DNA from: the human T2T-CHM13v2.0 reference genome, Homo sapiens | Length of the DNA: 64,000 bases | Direction: 5' to 3' (one strand) | NCBI RefSeq assembly: GCF_009914755.1 | Contig: NC_060927.1 | Shown here: piece after piece, positions 61,910 through 64,000 of the stretch | Numbering within the stretch: the stretch's first letter is position 1 | Layout of the letters: the number at the start of each line of letters is the position of its first letter | Translations under genes and position numbers: made by a program | The notes under the pieces: model-generated | Database searches by the model: none | What the model was told of the DNA's origin: nothing | The model's input: only the letters and a program-made list of their open reading frames with translations

Positions 61910-62090
61910 ATAATAATAATTAAGTATCCTTTCTTGAGGACCCACTGTGTGCCAGGAACTCTGCAAATCACTGATTATACATTCTCTCATTTCATCCCCA
62001 CAACAAACTCTGGTATGGTTATTATCCCCACTTTACAGATGAGAAAACTGAGGCTCAGGGAGAGGAAATCTAACCTACCCAACTTTTAAT
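61910..62090 (-). mobile_element. MIR SINE
   Basis: attatccccactttacagatgagaaaactgaggctcagggagagg. Confidence 0.88.
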
Positions 62091-62489
62091 ACTTTATCCT
62101 AGTTCATTTGCTCTCACTTCTCTCCCTTCCTCAACCCTTCTCCCTCTAGCAAAAGGGAAGTACAATCTAGTATATGAAAAGACTTTCCATAAATGCAAAC
62201 TCAAATAAATTGTATCTAGAGCGTCTGCAGCTTCCTCTCCTTCCCCAGGATCATTGGCTATTTGTTTATTCAGGAAATAATGATCACAAGTCTCTTCTAC
62301 AAAGCACTGGTCTAAATGCCAAGGATAAAATAAAGAGCAAAAATAATCCCTGTCCAGCTCTCAGGAGCTTACGGCCTAGGAATATAGTCAAACCTCTGGG
62401 CATCTCTATAAGTAAGTGATGCTCTCCACTCCACCCCACCGCTTCCTCACTCATTCTTCAACATTTTTGAATTATTGAACTTCTATTGA

Positions 62490-63375
62490 GTTACACTGCA
62501 AGTAACAGGAGACTCACATATCAATGGCCACCTAAAACGCTAAAGAGAGGGGTTTTATTTTTCTTATAAGACATAATGTCCACAAGTAAATAATAACTAA
62601 AAGGTGTCAGAACAGAGAGAAGTCCTGGTGGCTCTCTAGGCTTTTGCCTCATGTACACAGAAGGCTGCCACAGCTCTAGCCATTAAGCCTGTATTCTATG
62701 CAAAAGGAAAGTGGGGAGATCCTGAGAAAAAGGGGCCATATCTGATGAGTCGGTCTCCATTTGGGGGCTTTTCTGGAAATCTCTTGCAACAATGTAGACT
62801 TACGCTTCCATAACAGACACTGTTGGGGCCTGCCCTATCCACATCCCCTTGACATTCATCATCTGGGCTCTACAGAACCTTCCTTCTACAGACTCCTTTC
62901 TTCAGCCCCAGTAGCTTGCTCAGGTTGCCACACAGAGAGGCCAGAATTAATTCTGCCCAGAAGCAGCATCAACCAATGACAGACAGCAGTTGGTGGGCAA
63001 ACACCCCAGCTTTCTGGCCCTCAGGTGGGAAAATTGGGGACCTGTTGTACACTAGCTCTCAAAGGTTCCCAGCAGGATCTGGCCCCAGTTACCCCCAGCA
63101 ATAATGTGCTGCTCACTCACACTCTCTGCACTTGGCTTCTCTTCCTTGTCTCATTTCCCCTTCCAGGAATCACCTTCCAAATAAGCTACTTGCCCTTGAC
63201 TCTTGGCTTCAAGGAGTCTGTTTCTAGGAGCCCAACCTAAGATGACCTGGTGGGACAGAATGCATCACGTGGCCATCTCTGGCTGCAAAGGAGTATGGAA
63301 AGTGGGATCTATTTGGTAGCTACATCCCTGCTCCCAGCAACATTGGGGTTCTGTTGGCAAGGAGGGAAGAGGTAC
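62490..63375 (-). mobile_element. MLT1J/K-like LTR split by LTR16
   Basis: ctgcaagtaacaggagactca...aaggctgccacagctctagccatt | gacagaatgcatcacgtggccatctctggctgcaaagga. Confidence 0.6.
62821..63245 (+). mobile_element. LTR16-family (LTR16C-like) solo LTR
   Basis: agcagcatcaaccaatgacagac...caccttccaaataagctacttgc...cccaacctaaga. Confidence 0.8.
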
Positions 63376-63569
63376 TGAATGAGCATCCAACAACCCCTAC
63401 CATGCCTACTCCATGCTGGGCATAGGGCTTCAGTGGTGACCAGTCATGGCTTCTGCCCTCAAGGGACTTCCAGTCTCGAAGAGGGGCAGCCATTATACAG
63501 CTGTGGGCGCTACAAGAGAGTGGTGGGTGCAGCCTTTGAGGAGCGCTCATTCTGAATGAGGCTCTATCC

Positions 63570-63750
63570 TAAAAGCTTGCATGCATGATGTTAACATGAA
63601 ACCTCCCAGCACCTTCTGAGGCAAGGACTATTTTTACTATTTTCCTTCTACACCTGAAGAAACTGAGAATCAGGGAGGTTGAGTAACTTTCCCAGGAAGA
63701 CAGGACTAGTATGTGTCAGAGCTCAAACTTGAAACTCAGTTTGACCCCAG
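63570..63750 (-). mobile_element. MIR SINE
   Basis: tgaagaaactgagaatcagggaggttgagtaactttcccagga. Confidence 0.75.
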
Positions 63751-64000
63751 GAGCTAGTGACATCTCAGCAAGGCATGCGAAGACAAGCAGCGTTGAAACA
63801 GGTGGAAAACGTGTAAGATTTCAATAGAATAGCACATGCTGAGGCCGGGAGGCTTGAGGCTCCATGAGACCACACAGGCTGGAGAAGACTGTCCAGGCCT
63901 CCTCAAGTGACCTGCCCCCAGCAAAAAGGGAAGCACAGCTTGAAAGGAGCTGTTCAGGTCCCCAGAGTTGAACCCTCCTTTAGGGGATATGGGCCACCAT

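Overview
This window is non-coding primate (human-like) genomic DNA from an intergenic region or a large intron. I see no credible protein-coding exon, RNA gene, CpG island or CRISPR array. The listed ORFs are chance frames or come from Alu, L1, LTR or low-complexity sequence. Much of the window is a layered fossil record of transposable elements: Alu (J/S, FLAM), many MIR and L2 fragments, old L1M 3' ends, MaLR solo LTRs (THE1B/C, MST, MLT1), ERVL LTRs (LTR16/LTR33-like) and DNA transposons (MER2, MER44B, Tigger4b, MADE1/2, MER5, MER20, MER33, MER45A, MER53, MER58A, MER81, MER91, MER94, Charlie). Several are nested and keep readable target-site duplications (TSDs). Between them are islands with no recognisable repeat that look like distal enhancers. 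The most unusual object is a ~380-bp L1PA6-like insertion (24879-25256). It keeps the L1 5' end, appears spliced at the 5'UTR donor, stops ~85 nt into ORF1 with no poly(A) tail, and is bounded by a TSD. I found no evidence for a new multi-gene system. Repeat subfamily names come from recalled consensus sequences, not from a RepeatMasker run. Boundaries of old repeats are approximate, and further short MIR/L2/MER5 fragments are not listed.
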